The notes under the pieces were generated by a model, which was not told the origin of the DNA, made no database searches, and saw nothing but the letters and a program-made list of their open reading frames with translations. Both the position numbers and the translations under genes were made by a program. 64,000 nucleotides of DNA from Terriglobia bacterium (GTDB taxonomy: Bacteria; Acidobacteriota; Terriglobia; Acidiferrales; UBA7541), in NCBI GenBank assembly GCA_963695545.1, contig OY968796.1, positions 288,001 to 352,000 on the forward strand, in the 5' to 3' direction. Positions 30,672 to 41,343 of this stretch are shown here, in pieces (within the stretch, counting starts at the first letter, position 1; every line of letters starts with the position of its first letter).

Positions 30672-31601
30672 CTACGGTCTGGGCAGCGAATCGAGCCAAG
30701 TGAGCACGGCGGTTTCAAGCGCGATGCGATGATCGGAATAAACATGGTCCGTCGCCATGTGAATCGCCGTGACCTTCGCGGATCCGGCTTTTTTGAGCGC
30801 AGCCACAAATGCGTCGTTCGGCGCGGCGAGACCGTCGTCGGACGTCACAACCAGGACGGGCCGCGAAACAAGTTTCGGTGCGAAGCCGATGGAATCCCAA
30901 CTCGCTTGGTTGGCGATCACTTCGCGCGCCAGACTTTCCGGCGTGCAGCCTGCGAGCGGCGCCATGTCCTCCTTCGCCAGCGCGGCGGCCACGCTTGCCA
31001 CCGTCGCGCCGCTCGGTTTATCGGCCGATCCGAGCGGCCACGTATCCATGCCGCCAAGATTCGCCGCGGAGATCATGCCCACCGCCTCGACACTCGGATC
31101 TTCCGCGCCGGCAAAATTCGCCATAAAGCCGCCCATGCTGTGGCCAATCAGCACGATGCGCGCGGGATCCGCTCGCAATTTTTTCGCGTTCGCGGCATCG
31201 CGCAAATATGCGATAGCCGCCTCCGTATCCTCAATGCAGTGCGTAAACGAAAAATCGCCCGGCGAGCCCCACGAGCCGCGATAGTTGAAGTACAACACGT
31301 CCCAGCCGTCCCGCCGAATCGCTTGCGCCAGATCGAGATTCTTCTCGTTGCCCGGAAAGCCATGCAGCAGCACAACAACAGGATGCGGCCCCGTTCCCGC
31401 GGCGATATACACAATCGCGTTGAGCAGCGCGCCGTGACTCGGCAACTGAAACGCCTCCACCGCGGCGGGATCGGTTTTATCCGGAGCCGGATCGCTCGCG
31501 ATCGCCGCCGGAACTTGCTGCGCGCAAACGCGCGGAGATATCGCAATCGTGAAAACGCCGAGCAGTACGCTTGCCCAAACAGCACAAATGAGTCGTCGCA
31601 T
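30672..31601 (-). CDS. Secreted alpha/beta hydrolase
   Basis: Signal peptide, HGFPG, YRGSWGSPG, GHSMGG nucleophile elbow. Confidence 0.88.
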   Translation of the reverse strand: MRRLICAVWASVLLGVFTIAISPRVCAQQVPAAIASDPAPDKTDPAAVEAFQLPSHGALLNAIVYIAAGTGPHPVVVLLHGFPGNEKNLDLAQAIRRDGWDVLYFNYRGSWGSPGDFSFTHCIEDTEAAIAYLRDAANAKKLRADPARIVLIGHSMGGFMANFAGAEDPSVEAVGMISAANLGGMDTWPLGSADKPSGATVASVAAALAKEDMAPLAGCTPESLAREVIANQASWDSIGFAPKLVSRPVLVVTSDDGLAAPNDAFVAALKKAGSAKVTAIHMATDHVYSDHRIALETAVLTWLDSLPRP

Positions 31602-31670
31602 GCCGCGATTGTTCTGGCCGCGCGAAAGGATGTCAATCAATATCCCCGCGCGGCTGTCGGTCTTGGTTTT

Positions 31671-31693
31671 GTAGCGGAGGCCTTCAGCCCTCC
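31671..31693 (+). repeat. Single degenerate GTAG-type REP-like palindrome
   Basis: GTAG followed by imperfect palindrome GGAGGCCTTCAGCCCTCC, intergenic. Confidence 0.35.
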
Positions 31694-31750
31694 ATGCCAT
31701 GGTTTCGCGCGCGCGACGCTTCGCAACGCGAACGGTTACACTATATCGCG

Positions 31751-34198
31751 ATGCCTCCGATGTCCTGCGAAGTCGCTCTCCCCGTCCCGCTGCGCTCGAC
31801 GTTCACGTACCTCGTGCCCGAGTCGCTCGCCGAACGCGCCGTCGTCGGCGCGCGCGTCCTTGTTCCCTTCCGCAATCGCGCGCTCGTCGGCGTCATCGTC
31901 GAACCGCCGCGCCGCGCCCCCGAAGACAAGCCACTCAAGGAGCTGCAAGACGTTCTCGATCCGGCGCCGGCCTTGCCGCCCAGCGTCGTCGAACTTGGCC
32001 GCTGGGTCGCCAACTATTACCTCGCGCCCGAGGGCGAAGTTTTTCGCGGCATGTTGCCGCCGCAAATCGACTTGCGCGCCGACCGCGAATTGCGCGTCAC
32101 GCCCGCTGGCGCCGAGCGTCGCCGCTCACTCGCCGCGCGCGGCAATCGCAGTGAAGCCGAAGTCGACGAACTCGCGCTTCTGCGCCTCGCTGAAATCGAA
32201 GGCAAGCCCGTGCGCGCCGACCGCATCGCAAAACTCCCCGGCGGCACGCGCGCCGCGGAAAGTTTGCTTCGCCGCGGAATGCTCGAAGCCCGCGAGGTCG
32301 CGCGCCGCCGCAAACCGCGCACGCAAAAAATCGTCGCCTGGGGGCGCACCGCGGACGGCGCCGACGCAATTCCGGGAACCGACACCGAACGGCGTCTTCA
32401 CCAGATCCTGAGCGCCCAAACGGGCCCGCTGCCATTCGCGGAATTGCTGCGCCGCACCGGCGCCTCGCGCTCGGCCGTCGAACGCTTGATTCGTAGCACC
32501 ATTTTGGCGAGCTGGGAAGAACCGCTGGCTCCGACCGCAACGTCGGCGCTCGAAATCGACGAAGCGCCGCCGCGAAATGTTCTGAATGCCGATCAGCTTG
32601 CGGCTCTCGGCGAAATTCGCGGTTGGATTGAATCGCGCGCGTTCACCGTCGGCCTGTTGCACGGCGTAACGGGCAGCGGCAAAACGGAAGTTTATCTCGG
32701 CGCAGTGGAGGCAGCGCTCGCGCAAGGACGTACCGCGCTCGTCCTCGTGCCCGAAATCGCGCTCACGCTTTGGATGGGCCGCATCTGCCGCGCGCGGTTC
32801 GGCGCAATCGTGGCCGTCCTGCATAGCGGCTTGCCTGACGTTGAACGCGTGCGCGAATGGTGGCGCGTGCGCTCAGGCGAAGCGCGCGTGGTGGTGGGAA
32901 CGCGCTCCGCCGTCTTTGCGCCGCTTGAAAATCTCGGCGTGGTGATCGTCGATGAAGAACAAGAACCGAGCTACAAGCAGGAAGAAACGCCGCGCTATCA
33001 CGGCCGCGACGTCGCCGTCGTGCGCGCAAAAATGGAATCCGCCGTCGCGCTGCTCGGTTCAGCCACGCCTTCGATGGAAACATATCATCACGCGCAGAAA
33101 GGCCGCTATCGCCTGCTGCAACTCGGATCGCGCGTCGAAAATCGACCCATGGCCGCGGTGGAAATTATCGATCTGCGCGACGACTTCCGCCAAACGCACA
33201 GCAGCGAGCCGGTCTCGGGCGCGCTGCAAACCGCGCTCGCGCGGCGTCTTGAAGAAGGCACGCAGTCGCTGCTGCTCGTCAATCGGCGCGGCTATTCCTG
33301 GTACGCGCTCTGCCGCAGTTGCGGCGCGTCTCTTGAATGCGCGCACTGCTCGATCGCGCTCACCTACCACAAATCGCGCGGCCGCCTCGAGTGCCATTAT
33401 TGCGGCTATTCTCGCGCCGTGCCGAAAACGTGCCCGAAGTGCGATTCAAAACATTTGTATTTCGTCGGCGCGGGCGCCGAGCAACTCGAAGAGCGTTTGA
33501 AAACACTTTTCCCCGACGCGCGCATCGGCCGCCTCGATCGCGACACCGCGCGCCAGCCTCGCATGTGGCAGCAATTGCTCGGCGCGTTTGCCGATGGCCG
33601 CATCGACATTCTGGTCGGCACGCAAATGGTGGCCAAGGGGCACGATTTTCATCGCGTCACGCTGGTCGGCGTGATTTCCGCCGATACGCAGCTCGGCTTG
33701 CCCGATTTCCGCGCCGCCGAGCGGACTTTTGAATTGCTCACGCAGGTCGCCGGGCGCGCCGGCCGCGGCGAATTGCCCGGCCAGGTGCTCGTCGAAACCT
33801 ATCATCCGGAGCATTACGCCATTTCACTCGCCGCGCAGCAGGATTATTCGGCGTTCTTTGAGAAGGAGCTGCACTACCGCCGCATGATGCACTATCCACC
33901 GTTCGCGGCGCTCGCGAGCATCCTGGTGCGCGACGCGCATCTTGAAAACGCCGTGAAGTGGTCGCGCGAAATCGAGCGCTTCTTCGCCGGCGCTGCATCG
34001 AGCGGCGTGCGCGTGCTCGGACCGGCGCCCGCGCCGCTCGCGCGCTTGCGCAAGGAATTTCGTTTCCAATTCTTGCTGAAATCGCCGAAGCGAACCGAGC
34101 TAGGCCGATTGCTGCGCGCCGCGCTCGATCACTGTACGCGCAAGGAAATTCCGCAGAAGGCCGTGCTCGTGGATGTCGATCCACTCAGCCTGATGTGA
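31751..34198 (+). CDS. priA: Primosomal protein N'
   Basis: GVTGSGKTEVY, DEEQ, four CxxC motifs, GTQMVAKG, QVAGRAGR. Confidence 0.95.
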   Translation: MPPMSCEVALPVPLRSTFTYLVPESLAERAVVGARVLVPFRNRALVGVIVEPPRRAPEDKPLKELQDVLDPAPALPPSVVELGRWVANYYLAPEGEVFRGMLPPQIDLRADRELRVTPAGAERRRSLAARGNRSEAEVDELALLRLAEIEGKPVRADRIAKLPGGTRAAESLLRRGMLEAREVARRRKPRTQKIVAWGRTADGADAIPGTDTERRLHQILSAQTGPLPFAELLRRTGASRSAVERLIRSTILASWEEPLAPTATSALEIDEAPPRNVLNADQLAALGEIRGWIESRAFTVGLLHGVTGSGKTEVYLGAVEAALAQGRTALVLVPEIALTLWMGRICRARFGAIVAVLHSGLPDVERVREWWRVRSGEARVVVGTRSAVFAPLENLGVVIVDEEQEPSYKQEETPRYHGRDVAVVRAKMESAVALLGSATPSMETYHHAQKGRYRLLQLGSRVENRPMAAVEIIDLRDDFRQTHSSEPVSGALQTALARRLEEGTQSLLLVNRRGYSWYALCRSCGASLECAHCSIALTYHKSRGRLECHYCGYSRAVPKTCPKCDSKHLYFVGAGAEQLEERLKTLFPDARIGRLDRDTARQPRMWQQLLGAFADGRIDILVGTQMVAKGHDFHRVTLVGVISADTQLGLPDFRAAERTFELLTQVAGRAGRGELPGQVLVETYHPEHYAISLAAQQDYSAFFEKELHYRRMMHYPPFAALASILVRDAHLENAVKWSREIERFFAGAASSGVRVLGPAPAPLARLRKEFRFQFLLKSPKRTELGRLLRAALDHCTRKEIPQKAVLVDVDPLSLM

Positions 34199-34205
34199 AG
34201 GGAGA

Positions 34206-35210
34206 TCATCCGGTGATCACGATCGGCGCGGGGAGAAAACAGAGCACAAACATCGCCAGCGCGACGACCGACCACACCATCCGCCGCGCCCCGAGCGGTT
34301 GCCACGGATTGATCAGCGGAGGATGCCGGAATCGCAGCGCCAAAAGCAGGATGGCCCATGCCAGCCATCCCCACCAGAAAAAAATCGCCAGCGGCACAAG
34401 CGCCAGCGTCACGGTCAGCGAAATGCGCGCGTGCCTCCGGCTATCGAGCGCGTACAAAATATGTCCGCCATCGAGCTGTCCCGCGGGAATCAGATTGAGC
34501 GACGTCGCAAACAGTCCGACCCACGCCGCGCGACCAATCGGATGCAGCACCAGATTGCTCGCCGCCACGCCAGGCCTCAGCCATGCCAGCAGCAAGCGCA
34601 GCGCGAGCGGCGTGCCGAAGTGCACCACGGTTCCCACCTCGGCGCCGGCGATCACTTTCGCGTGCGCCACGCCGAACGCCAGCGCCGGAATCGCAAGACA
34701 AAATCCGACGAACGGTCCCGAGATGCCCACGTCAAACAGCGCGCCGCGCGTCGGGATCGGCGAACGAATCCGGATGAATGCGCCGAGCGTGCCAATCAGT
34801 GTCGGTGCAGGGATGAAATACGGATAACTCGCGTCAATCCTGTAAGCGCGGCACGCGAAGTAGTGGCCCAGTTCGTGCGCCAGCAAGATGCCGAGCAGCG
34901 TGAATGCGAATGGAATCCCCGGCGCGAGGAGGCTTGGATGAGCGAGCAGTTTTACGTAGAGCGAAAAAAATACATCGAAGTCGGGATTTCGCCCTTCGGC
35001 ATACGCATTGGCGAATTGCGCGCCGACGGCGAGCGTTGAAATGAGCGTCAGCAGAAACAGCACGAGAGCGATTGCAAACTGCTTGGGATGGAATTTCCGC
35101 CGACCGATTTCCAGATATGGCACGCGGCCATACTCGGCCGGCGTGGCGGGTGGCCACGTCCGAGTCCAGACCTCGGCGGGAAGTTTTATGTCGGAGTTTT
35201 CCGGGTCCAT
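34206..35210 (-). CDS. Site-2 protease (M50) family
   Basis: HELGH and NLIPAGQLDGGH motifs, TM helices. Confidence 0.9.
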   Translation of the reverse strand: MDPENSDIKLPAEVWTRTWPPATPAEYGRVPYLEIGRRKFHPKQFAIALVLFLLTLISTLAVGAQFANAYAEGRNPDFDVFFSLYVKLLAHPSLLAPGIPFAFTLLGILLAHELGHYFACRAYRIDASYPYFIPAPTLIGTLGAFIRIRSPIPTRGALFDVGISGPFVGFCLAIPALAFGVAHAKVIAGAEVGTVVHFGTPLALRLLLAWLRPGVAASNLVLHPIGRAAWVGLFATSLNLIPAGQLDGGHILYALDSRRHARISLTVTLALVPLAIFFWWGWLAWAILLLALRFRHPPLINPWQPLGARRMVWSVVALAMFVLCFLPAPIVITG

Positions 35211-35292
35211 GAGATCGCGCGCAACTGTCTGCGGGCGGATGCGCCGCGGCACAATTCAGAATACGCTGAGCGTTTGGAAAGCGGCAAGCGCG

Positions 35293-35559
35293 TTACAGCG
35301 TTTGCAGTTCCTTGCCGGGCTTGAAGCGCACGGCCTTGCCGGGGGGGATGCTCACTTCCTGTCCGGTGCGCGGGTTGCGGCCGATGCCGGTCTTGCGGGG
35401 CTTAACGCCGAAGACGCCGAAGCGGCGCAGCTCGATTCGTTCGCCGCGGCCCAGAGCTTTCTTCATGGCGTCGAACACGGCCTCGACGGCCTGTTCAGCG
35501 CGGGTGCGGCTGACGCCGGTCTTGTTCACGACGGCGTTCACGATGTCGAGCTTGATCAT
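35293..35559 (-). CDS. HU/IHF family DNA-binding protein
   Basis: 'IELRRFGVF...GRNPRTG.EV.IP....VRFKPGK'. Confidence 0.93.
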   Translation of the reverse strand: MIKLDIVNAVVNKTGVSRTRAEQAVEAVFDAMKKALGRGERIELRRFGVFGVKPRKTGIGRNPRTGQEVSIPPGKAVRFKPGKELQTL

Positions 35560-35773
35560 GGCTTCCTCCGGCTCAAGAAATGGAAGCCTATGCTAGACAG
35601 GAGGTTGCGGGTTGTCAAGGCAATGCGGCGTGCGCCGAACTGCGCGGAGCGCATTGCTTCAATCGACTGCTGCGAGCGCACCGCTATGATAAGATGCGAT
35701 TCCCTTTGAGCAATGCGTTCCGCGCAGGCCGGTTATCTAACGCCGGAATCAGGAAACCCAACAGGAGGCACTC

Positions 35774-36328
35774 ATGTCGGTCAGGCCCGACCGCTGGATT
35801 CGCCGCATGGCGCTTGAGCATAAGATGATTGAGCCGTTCGAGGATCGCCAGGTGCGCGACGGCGTGATCAGCTACGGCGTTTCAAGCTATGGCTACGACA
35901 TTCGCGTGGCCGACGAATTCCGCATATTTACGAACGTCAATTCGACGATCGTGGACCCGAAGAATTTCGACCCCAAATCTTTTGTCGAGCTGCGCGCCGC
36001 CATCTGCGTGATTCCGCCGAACTCGTTCGCGCTGGGCCGCTCGGTGGAATATTTTCGCATCCCGCGCAACGTGCTCACGATCTGCGTCGGCAAATCCACG
36101 TATGCACGTTGTGGAATCATCGTCAACGTCACGCCGTTCGAGCCGGAATGGGAAGGCTTCGTAACGCTCGAGATCAGCAACACCACTCCGCTGCCCGCGA
36201 AAATTTACGCGAACGAAGGTCTTTGCCAGGTGATTTTTTTTGAGTCCGACGATGACTGCGAAATCTCCTACAAGGACAAGAAGGGCAAATATCAATCGCA
36301 GCAAGGAATCGTGCTTCCGCGATTGTAA
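35774..36328 (+). CDS. dcd: dCTP deaminase
   Basis: [25 protein letters not shown]. Confidence 0.95.
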   Translation: MSVRPDRWIRRMALEHKMIEPFEDRQVRDGVISYGVSSYGYDIRVADEFRIFTNVNSTIVDPKNFDPKSFVELRAAICVIPPNSFALGRSVEYFRIPRNVLTICVGKSTYARCGIIVNVTPFEPEWEGFVTLEISNTTPLPAKIYANEGLCQVIFFESDDDCEISYKDKKGKYQSQQGIVLPRL

Positions 36329-36391
36329 TTCGCGATCGCATCGGTCGCCTCGCGCAATGCCGCAAGACGCCGCGAACCGCGGTTCGCCAAC

Positions 36392-37081
36392 TTAATTCTG
36401 GCTCGCGGCGATCCCCACGCTGCGAAAACCGTCGAGCGGACCGATTTCATTCGCGCGCCGCGAAGAATTAAGATCCGCCGGCTGACCCCAGCGACCCGCG
36501 AAGACAAATTGCTCAAGCGGATTTCGCTGACGCGGTTTTCGCGCGACGGCCTTAGCTGCGTTTGCCGCAGTCTCCTGCGCAGCCGGATAGCCCAGCGCAA
36601 TCACCGCGACCGGCTCCCAACCTTCGGGTATCGCCAATTTCTCCCGCGCCGCTTTCGGATCGAAGCCGCCCATCGGCCCGGCGACCAGCCCTAGCGCGGT
36701 CGCCTGCGTCAACAGATTCGCCGTGGCCATTCCCACATCGTGCCAGCCGTGGCGATTCGGCGCGCCGTTATGCGGATACGTGGTACGCGCGATGGTGACG
36801 ATCAGCACCGGCGCATCGGCTGCCCACCTGCGGTTGATGTCCATGAGCGTGCTCGCGATCGCTTCGTGTGCGTCGGGCTGTTGCTGCTTATCGCCCACGA
36901 CGAACGCCCACGGCTGCGCGTTAAAGGATGAAGGAGCCCACCGCGCCGCCTCGAGCACGCTGCGAAGAATCACGGGCGCGACCGCGCGCGGCGAAAATTC
37001 GTGAGCGCTCGCTCTGCGGGCGAGTATTTCATGGACTGGCTCTTCAACTGCAGATTGCGGAGTGTTGTTAATACTGTTCAT
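36392..37081 (-). CDS. Nitroreductase family protein
   Basis: RRAS, WAPSSFNAQPW, MGGFD, ALGY. Confidence 0.88.
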   Translation of the reverse strand: MNSINNTPQSAVEEPVHEILARRASAHEFSPRAVAPVILRSVLEAARWAPSSFNAQPWAFVVGDKQQQPDAHEAIASTLMDINRRWAADAPVLIVTIARTTYPHNGAPNRHGWHDVGMATANLLTQATALGLVAGPMGGFDPKAAREKLAIPEGWEPVAVIALGYPAAQETAANAAKAVARKPRQRNPLEQFVFAGRWGQPADLNSSRRANEIGPLDGFRSVGIAASQN

Positions 37082-37120
37082 CGGCTTTCTCCTATGAAGC
37101 AATGGGCCTCGTGCCGTTGT

Positions 37121-37132
37121 TCGTTGTAACGA
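37121..37132. promoter_or_regulatory. Putative MarR operator upstream of nitroreductase
   Basis: TCGTTGTAACGA, exact reverse complement of 37692-37703. Confidence 0.65.
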
Positions 37133-37150
37133 CTGTGTGGTCCAAAAAAA

Positions 37151-37675
37151 TCACGCGTCCTCCTTTGAAGTCCAGGAGGCTCTCAGTCCCGCCAGAAGCT
37201 TTCCCAGTTCAGCGAGTTGTTGCTGCGGAATGGCTGCGAACTGTCGCTTGTGCAGCGCACAGAGGGGAGCGTCCAATTCGCTCAAAATCCGCAGACCCTC
37301 CCTGGTGATGCGCGTTTTTATGACGCGCCGATCTTCTTGTTGCCGCTCGCGCGCGATCAGGCCGCGGCTCTCAAGGCGATCGAGCAAGCGGGTGATGTCG
37401 GGATCGTGCGTGATCATGCGATCACCGACTTCTCCGCAGGCCAGACCAGCCGCGCCGGCGCCCCTGAGAATGCGCAGAACATTGAACTGCGAGTTCGACA
37501 GATCAAAGGGCCCAAAAATCTCTTCGGCGTCCCGTTGCAGTGCGCTGTTCAGACGAAGCAGGTCAAAAATAATCTGCTGCTCGAGCGACGGCGACGCCGG
37601 CACAAGGGCCGAGGACGTGCGGACGCCGCGTTCTCTCCGTGACTGCCTTGTGCGCATCTTGGTCGTGGTTGCCAT
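37151..37675 (-). CDS. MarR family regulator
   Basis: 'QFNVLRILRG...DITRLLDRLE.RGLI.R.R...DRR'. Confidence 0.9.
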   Translation of the reverse strand: MATTTKMRTRQSRRERGVRTSSALVPASPSLEQQIIFDLLRLNSALQRDAEEIFGPFDLSNSQFNVLRILRGAGAAGLACGEVGDRMITHDPDITRLLDRLESRGLIARERQQEDRRVIKTRITREGLRILSELDAPLCALHKRQFAAIPQQQLAELGKLLAGLRASWTSKEDA

Positions 37676-37684
37676 CACACGAAG

Positions 37685-37713
37685 ATATTACTCGTTACAA
37701 CGACTATTGTCAA
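37685..37713 (-). promoter_or_regulatory. sigma70 promoter of marR with operator between -35 and -10
   Basis: TTGACA-17-TAATAT with the palindrome TCGTT-N2-AACGA in the spacer. Confidence 0.7.
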
Positions 37714-37721
37714 GAGGAAAG

Positions 37722-38444
37722 TCATGGCTTCTGCGTTGGCCTTATAAGTAACTCACTTACAAAGCTTTGCGGTGCCTGAGTGACCAGCATGGCAACCGCG
37801 TGGGCCACATCATCGGGCTGGAGCATTTTCGAGGGGTCTTTTCCGGAGTGCGGGCCGAATTCTGTGAGCACCGAGCCAGGACAGACCACACTGACGCGAA
37901 TGCCGTGCGCACGGAGATCTTCGGCGAGGCAGTAGCTAAAGCCCTGAAGGCCCCATTTGGACGCGCAATAGACGGCGCCGTTGGCAAAGGCGTTCTTTCC
38001 GGCGAGCGAACTGATGTTGACGATGTGGCCGGTACGGCGAGCAATCATTCCGGGCGCGGCCGCCCGGCACACTAGAAAAACGCCTTTGAGGTTGATATCG
38101 AGCACGCGATCCCAATCCTGCTCCGTCGCGTCCTGGCCAGGACCGAAGACGCCGATGCCGGCGTTGTTTACGACGATGTCCAATGGTCCGAGCGATTGCA
38201 CGACTTGTGCAACGAGGCGCGAGACATCATCCGATCTAGAAACGTCGGCGGTCACGGCCAGCACGGAGGACAGGCCTTCGCCCCGCAATAGTGCGGCCGA
38301 TTCCTCCAAGCTCTTTCGATCGCGCGCGCAGATGGCGACTTTCGAACCCATTGCGCCAAGACGCCGCGCGATGGCCAAGCCGATGCCGCGACTGCCTCCG
38401 GTGACGAGCGCAGTTTGTCCGACGAGCGACGATTGGAGTTGCAT
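37722..38444 (-). CDS. Short-chain dehydrogenase/reductase
   Basis: TGGSRGIG, NNAG, YCASK. Confidence 0.92.
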   Translation of the reverse strand: MQLQSSLVGQTALVTGGSRGIGLAIARRLGAMGSKVAICARDRKSLEESAALLRGEGLSSVLAVTADVSRSDDVSRLVAQVVQSLGPLDIVVNNAGIGVFGPGQDATEQDWDRVLDINLKGVFLVCRAAAPGMIARRTGHIVNISSLAGKNAFANGAVYCASKWGLQGFSYCLAEDLRAHGIRVSVVCPGSVLTEFGPHSGKDPSKMLQPDDVAHAVAMLVTQAPQSFVSELLIRPTQKP

Positions 38445-38696
38445 AAGAGTTTCCTCGCCATTTTGAAGATTGAAATTCGGCGGACGCGCCACCAAATGCG
38501 TGCGGAAATCATCTTACCATTGAAGGCGCGGACGGCCGGAGCGCGGAAGGAGCTACCGGCGCGGGAAACCGGCTTGCGCCGGGGATGCGGATTTCCTATA
38601 ATCGCGCATCCTCCATGCGTACCTGACGGTTAGATCAATCTGAGTAAAAGCGCGAGTGAGGAAACGAGTCTGTTGCTTAGAGAACGGGGAGAACCG

Positions 38697-40058
38697 ATGA
38701 ACCGAATTTGGAAACAAGGCAGAGCCGGACTCGTAGGTGCGGTGTTGTTGGTCTGTGGCGCGGGCCTGGTTGCGAGCGCGGCGCAGGGCCAGAGCGCGGC
38801 GCCGGCGCAACAGGCCGCGCCAGCGTACACGCTGGCCGAATATAACGCGTATCAGGCCGCGGCGGCGGACAAGGATCCGGCGCAACGCGTGAAGGACCTG
38901 GATGACTTCGTCTCGAAATTTCCGAACTCCGCTTTGATGCCGTACGTCTACAACACCTACTATCACGCATACAACGATCTGAAGAATTATCCGAAGGTGA
39001 TCGAATACGCCGATCGCGAAATTGCTCTCGGAGATAAGGTGACTCCGGCGACGCGCTTTCAGGCGCTGTATTTGAGGACGCTGGCCTTCAATTATTCTTT
39101 CAGCGAGAAGGATCCGACCGCACAGGACGAAGCTACGCAGGAGTTGGCGGCGGCCAAGTTGGGATTGCAGGTTCTGGACCAAGTCCCTAAACCAGCCAAT
39201 CAGACGGACGATCAGTGGGCGGACAGCAAGAAGGCGCCCACAGCGCTGTTCAATTACACGGCGGGCATCGCGTCGGCGGCCACGAAGGATTTTGCTTCGG
39301 CAGTGACTTATTACAAGGCGGCGTTGGCGGCGACGCCGAACGATGCGGTGACGTACTTCCATCTGGGTGTCGCTTATTTGGAAATGACTCCTCCGCAAAG
39401 CCTCGACGGCTTCTGGGCCTTGGCGCGTTCGGTGGCGCTAAAGGGTCAGGGAGCAGATCAGGTGAAGGCCTATCTGCGCGGACAGATTCAGAATTATCAG
39501 CAGACTGGGTGCGACAACCTGATCGACGATCAGATGAACGAACTGATCACGCTAGCGGGGACGACGCCCGATCGGCCCGCGACGTACACAATTCCCAGCG
39601 CCGCGGATTTGGCCACAGCGCGGAACGATACCACCGACTTCATACCCTGGCTGAAAGAAGGCGGCGATCACGGCAAGCTGATGTGGCTGGCGACTTGCGG
39701 GCTGGTGTTCCCCGATGTGGCCGTTGAGGTGATGACCGTGACGCCGGCGACCGATCCGAGTAACGCCACACTTCTGGTCTATCGGCCCGCGGCAAGCGAT
39801 CCGGACGCGGCGCAAAAGGAAATGGATGCGGCGACCGATCCGAACATGACCGTGAACATCGTGGGGCAGCCGGAAGTGAGTCGCTTGCAAAAAGGCGACG
39901 GCGTGCGGTTCACGGGAACACTGACGGGTTACGCACCGACGCCGTTTATGCTGACGTGGGACCAAGCTAAGGTGAACGCCGAGGACATTCCCCCGGAAAA
40001 GGCGGCGCCCGGAGCAAGGCGGCCAGGGCATAAAGCCGCCACGCCGCCAGGTCGTTAG
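38697..40058 (+). CDS. Secreted TPR-like helical repeat protein
   Basis: Signal peptide; TPR-like 'AVTYYKAALAATPNDAVTYFHLGVAY'; host-like codon usage. Confidence 0.7.
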   Translation: MNRIWKQGRAGLVGAVLLVCGAGLVASAAQGQSAAPAQQAAPAYTLAEYNAYQAAAADKDPAQRVKDLDDFVSKFPNSALMPYVYNTYYHAYNDLKNYPKVIEYADREIALGDKVTPATRFQALYLRTLAFNYSFSEKDPTAQDEATQELAAAKLGLQVLDQVPKPANQTDDQWADSKKAPTALFNYTAGIASAATKDFASAVTYYKAALAATPNDAVTYFHLGVAYLEMTPPQSLDGFWALARSVALKGQGADQVKAYLRGQIQNYQQTGCDNLIDDQMNELITLAGTTPDRPATYTIPSAADLATARNDTTDFIPWLKEGGDHGKLMWLATCGLVFPDVAVEVMTVTPATDPSNATLLVYRPAASDPDAAQKEMDAATDPNMTVNIVGQPEVSRLQKGDGVRFTGTLTGYAPTPFMLTWDQAKVNAEDIPPEKAAPGARRPGHKAATPPGR

Positions 40059-40091
40059 CTTCTGCGCAAATCGACAGTCCGAAGTTCTCTC

Positions 40092-40124
40092 AAGCGGCCC
40101 GGAAATTTCCGGGCCGCTTTTTTT
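40092..40124 (+). terminator. Rho-independent terminator
   Basis: AAGCGGCCCGGAAA/TTTCCGGGCCGCTT palindrome followed by T-run. Confidence 0.85.
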
Positions 40125-40201
40125 GTGTGGCTCAGTGCTGAAAATTATCTGGGAACCGCGATCGGGTCGCGACCGCTTAGCGCGCGAACGCGCTTCGACA
40201 T

Positions 40202-40423
40202 TCAGGCGTGGTGGCGCGGGTGCTGATCGAGTTTATAGAGACCAATCTTGCGGCTCAGTGTGTTGCGGTGAATGCCGAGCAGGCGGGCGGCGCGCGATTG
40301 ATTGCCATTCGAGCGATCGAGAGCGCGTTTGATAAAGCGCTTCTCAAACTCATTCACGGCTTCGTCGAACAGGATTCCGCGCTCGACCATCTGTCCAACG
40401 AGCGATTCGAGTTGATCTCTCAC
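40202..40423 (-). CDS. Fis-like helix-turn-helix protein
   Basis: 'FEKRFIKRAL....GNQSRAARLLGIHRNTL.RK'. Confidence 0.85.
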   Translation of the reverse strand: MRDQLESLVGQMVERGILFDEAVNEFEKRFIKRALDRSNGNQSRAARLLGIHRNTLSRKIGLYKLDQHPRHHA

Positions 40424-40446
40424 GTGTGCACGCTCCGCGGGAAAAT

Positions 40447-41343
40447 TCAGACGACCGCTTGGTCAAGATCGTGGCCCGCGATGAGCCGGTAGGCTTCGCG
40501 ATACTTTTCCCGCGTGCCGCGCACCACATCGGCGGGAAGTTCGGGCCCCGGCGGCAATTTGTTCCAACCGATGCGCTCGAGATAGTCACGCACGAACTGC
40601 TTGTCGAACGAGGGCTGCGGCCGGCCGGGTGCGTAGCCTTCGGCGGGCCAGAAGCGCGAAGAATCCGGCGTGAGCGCTTCGTCGATCCAGATCAATTCGC
40701 CATCGAGCAGGCCAAACTCAAATTTAGTATCGGCCAGCAGGATTCCGCGCGGGGCAGCGTACTCGGTGGCGCGCCGATAGAGCTCGATGCTGATCGAGCG
40801 CACGCTTTCGGCGAGTTCGGCACCGATTTGGCGCACGACTTCGTCGAAAGAAATATTTTCGTCGTGACCTTGGGTCGCTTTGGTGGAAGGCGTGAAGAGC
40901 GGCTCGGGCAATTTATCGGACTCTCGCAAGCCAGCGGGCAGAGGAATGCCGCAAACTTTGCCGGTGGCGCGGTAATCCTTCCATCCGCTGCCGACAAGAT
41001 AGCCGCGCACGACACATTCGACGGGGAGAGGCTTTGTTTTGCGGCAGAGCATGGAGCGGCCCGCGAGCTGGTCGCGCTCGGAAGCCAGCTCCGGCGGAAG
41101 TTCTTCGCCGCTGATGACATGATTCGGGACGACGTCGGCGAGGCGATCGAACCAGAAACGCGAAAGCTGCGTGAGCACGCGGCCTTTGTCGGGGATCGGC
41201 GTGGGCAAGACTACGTCGAAGGCCGAGATGCGATCGGTGGCGACGAGAAGCAGGCGGCCGCCCACTTCGTAAATGTCGCGCACTTTGCCGCGCGAGAGAA
41301 GCTTCGCGCCGGCAAGATTCGTTTCCCAAACGACCGAGCTCAT
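40447..41343 (-). CDS. purC: SAICAR synthase
   Basis: GKVRDIY, TDRISAFD, ADTKFEFG, DEALTPDSSRFW. Confidence 0.95.
   Translation of the reverse strand: MSSVVWETNLAGAKLLSRGKVRDIYEVGGRLLLVATDRISAFDVVLPTPIPDKGRVLTQLSRFWFDRLADVVPNHVISGEELPPELASERDQLAGRSMLCRKTKPLPVECVVRGYLVGSGWKDYRATGKVCGIPLPAGLRESDKLPEPLFTPSTKATQGHDENISFDEVVRQIGAELAESVRSISIELYRRATEYAAPRGILLADTKFEFGLLDGELIWIDEALTPDSSRFWPAEGYAPGRPQPSFDKQFVRDYLERIGWNKLPPGPELPADVVRGTREKYREAYRLIAGHDLDQAVV

Noticed and set aside
30267..32411. 714-aa + strand ORF
   Set aside because: Spans the non-coding element, antisense of the hydrolase and an off-frame part of priA; no recognisable domain
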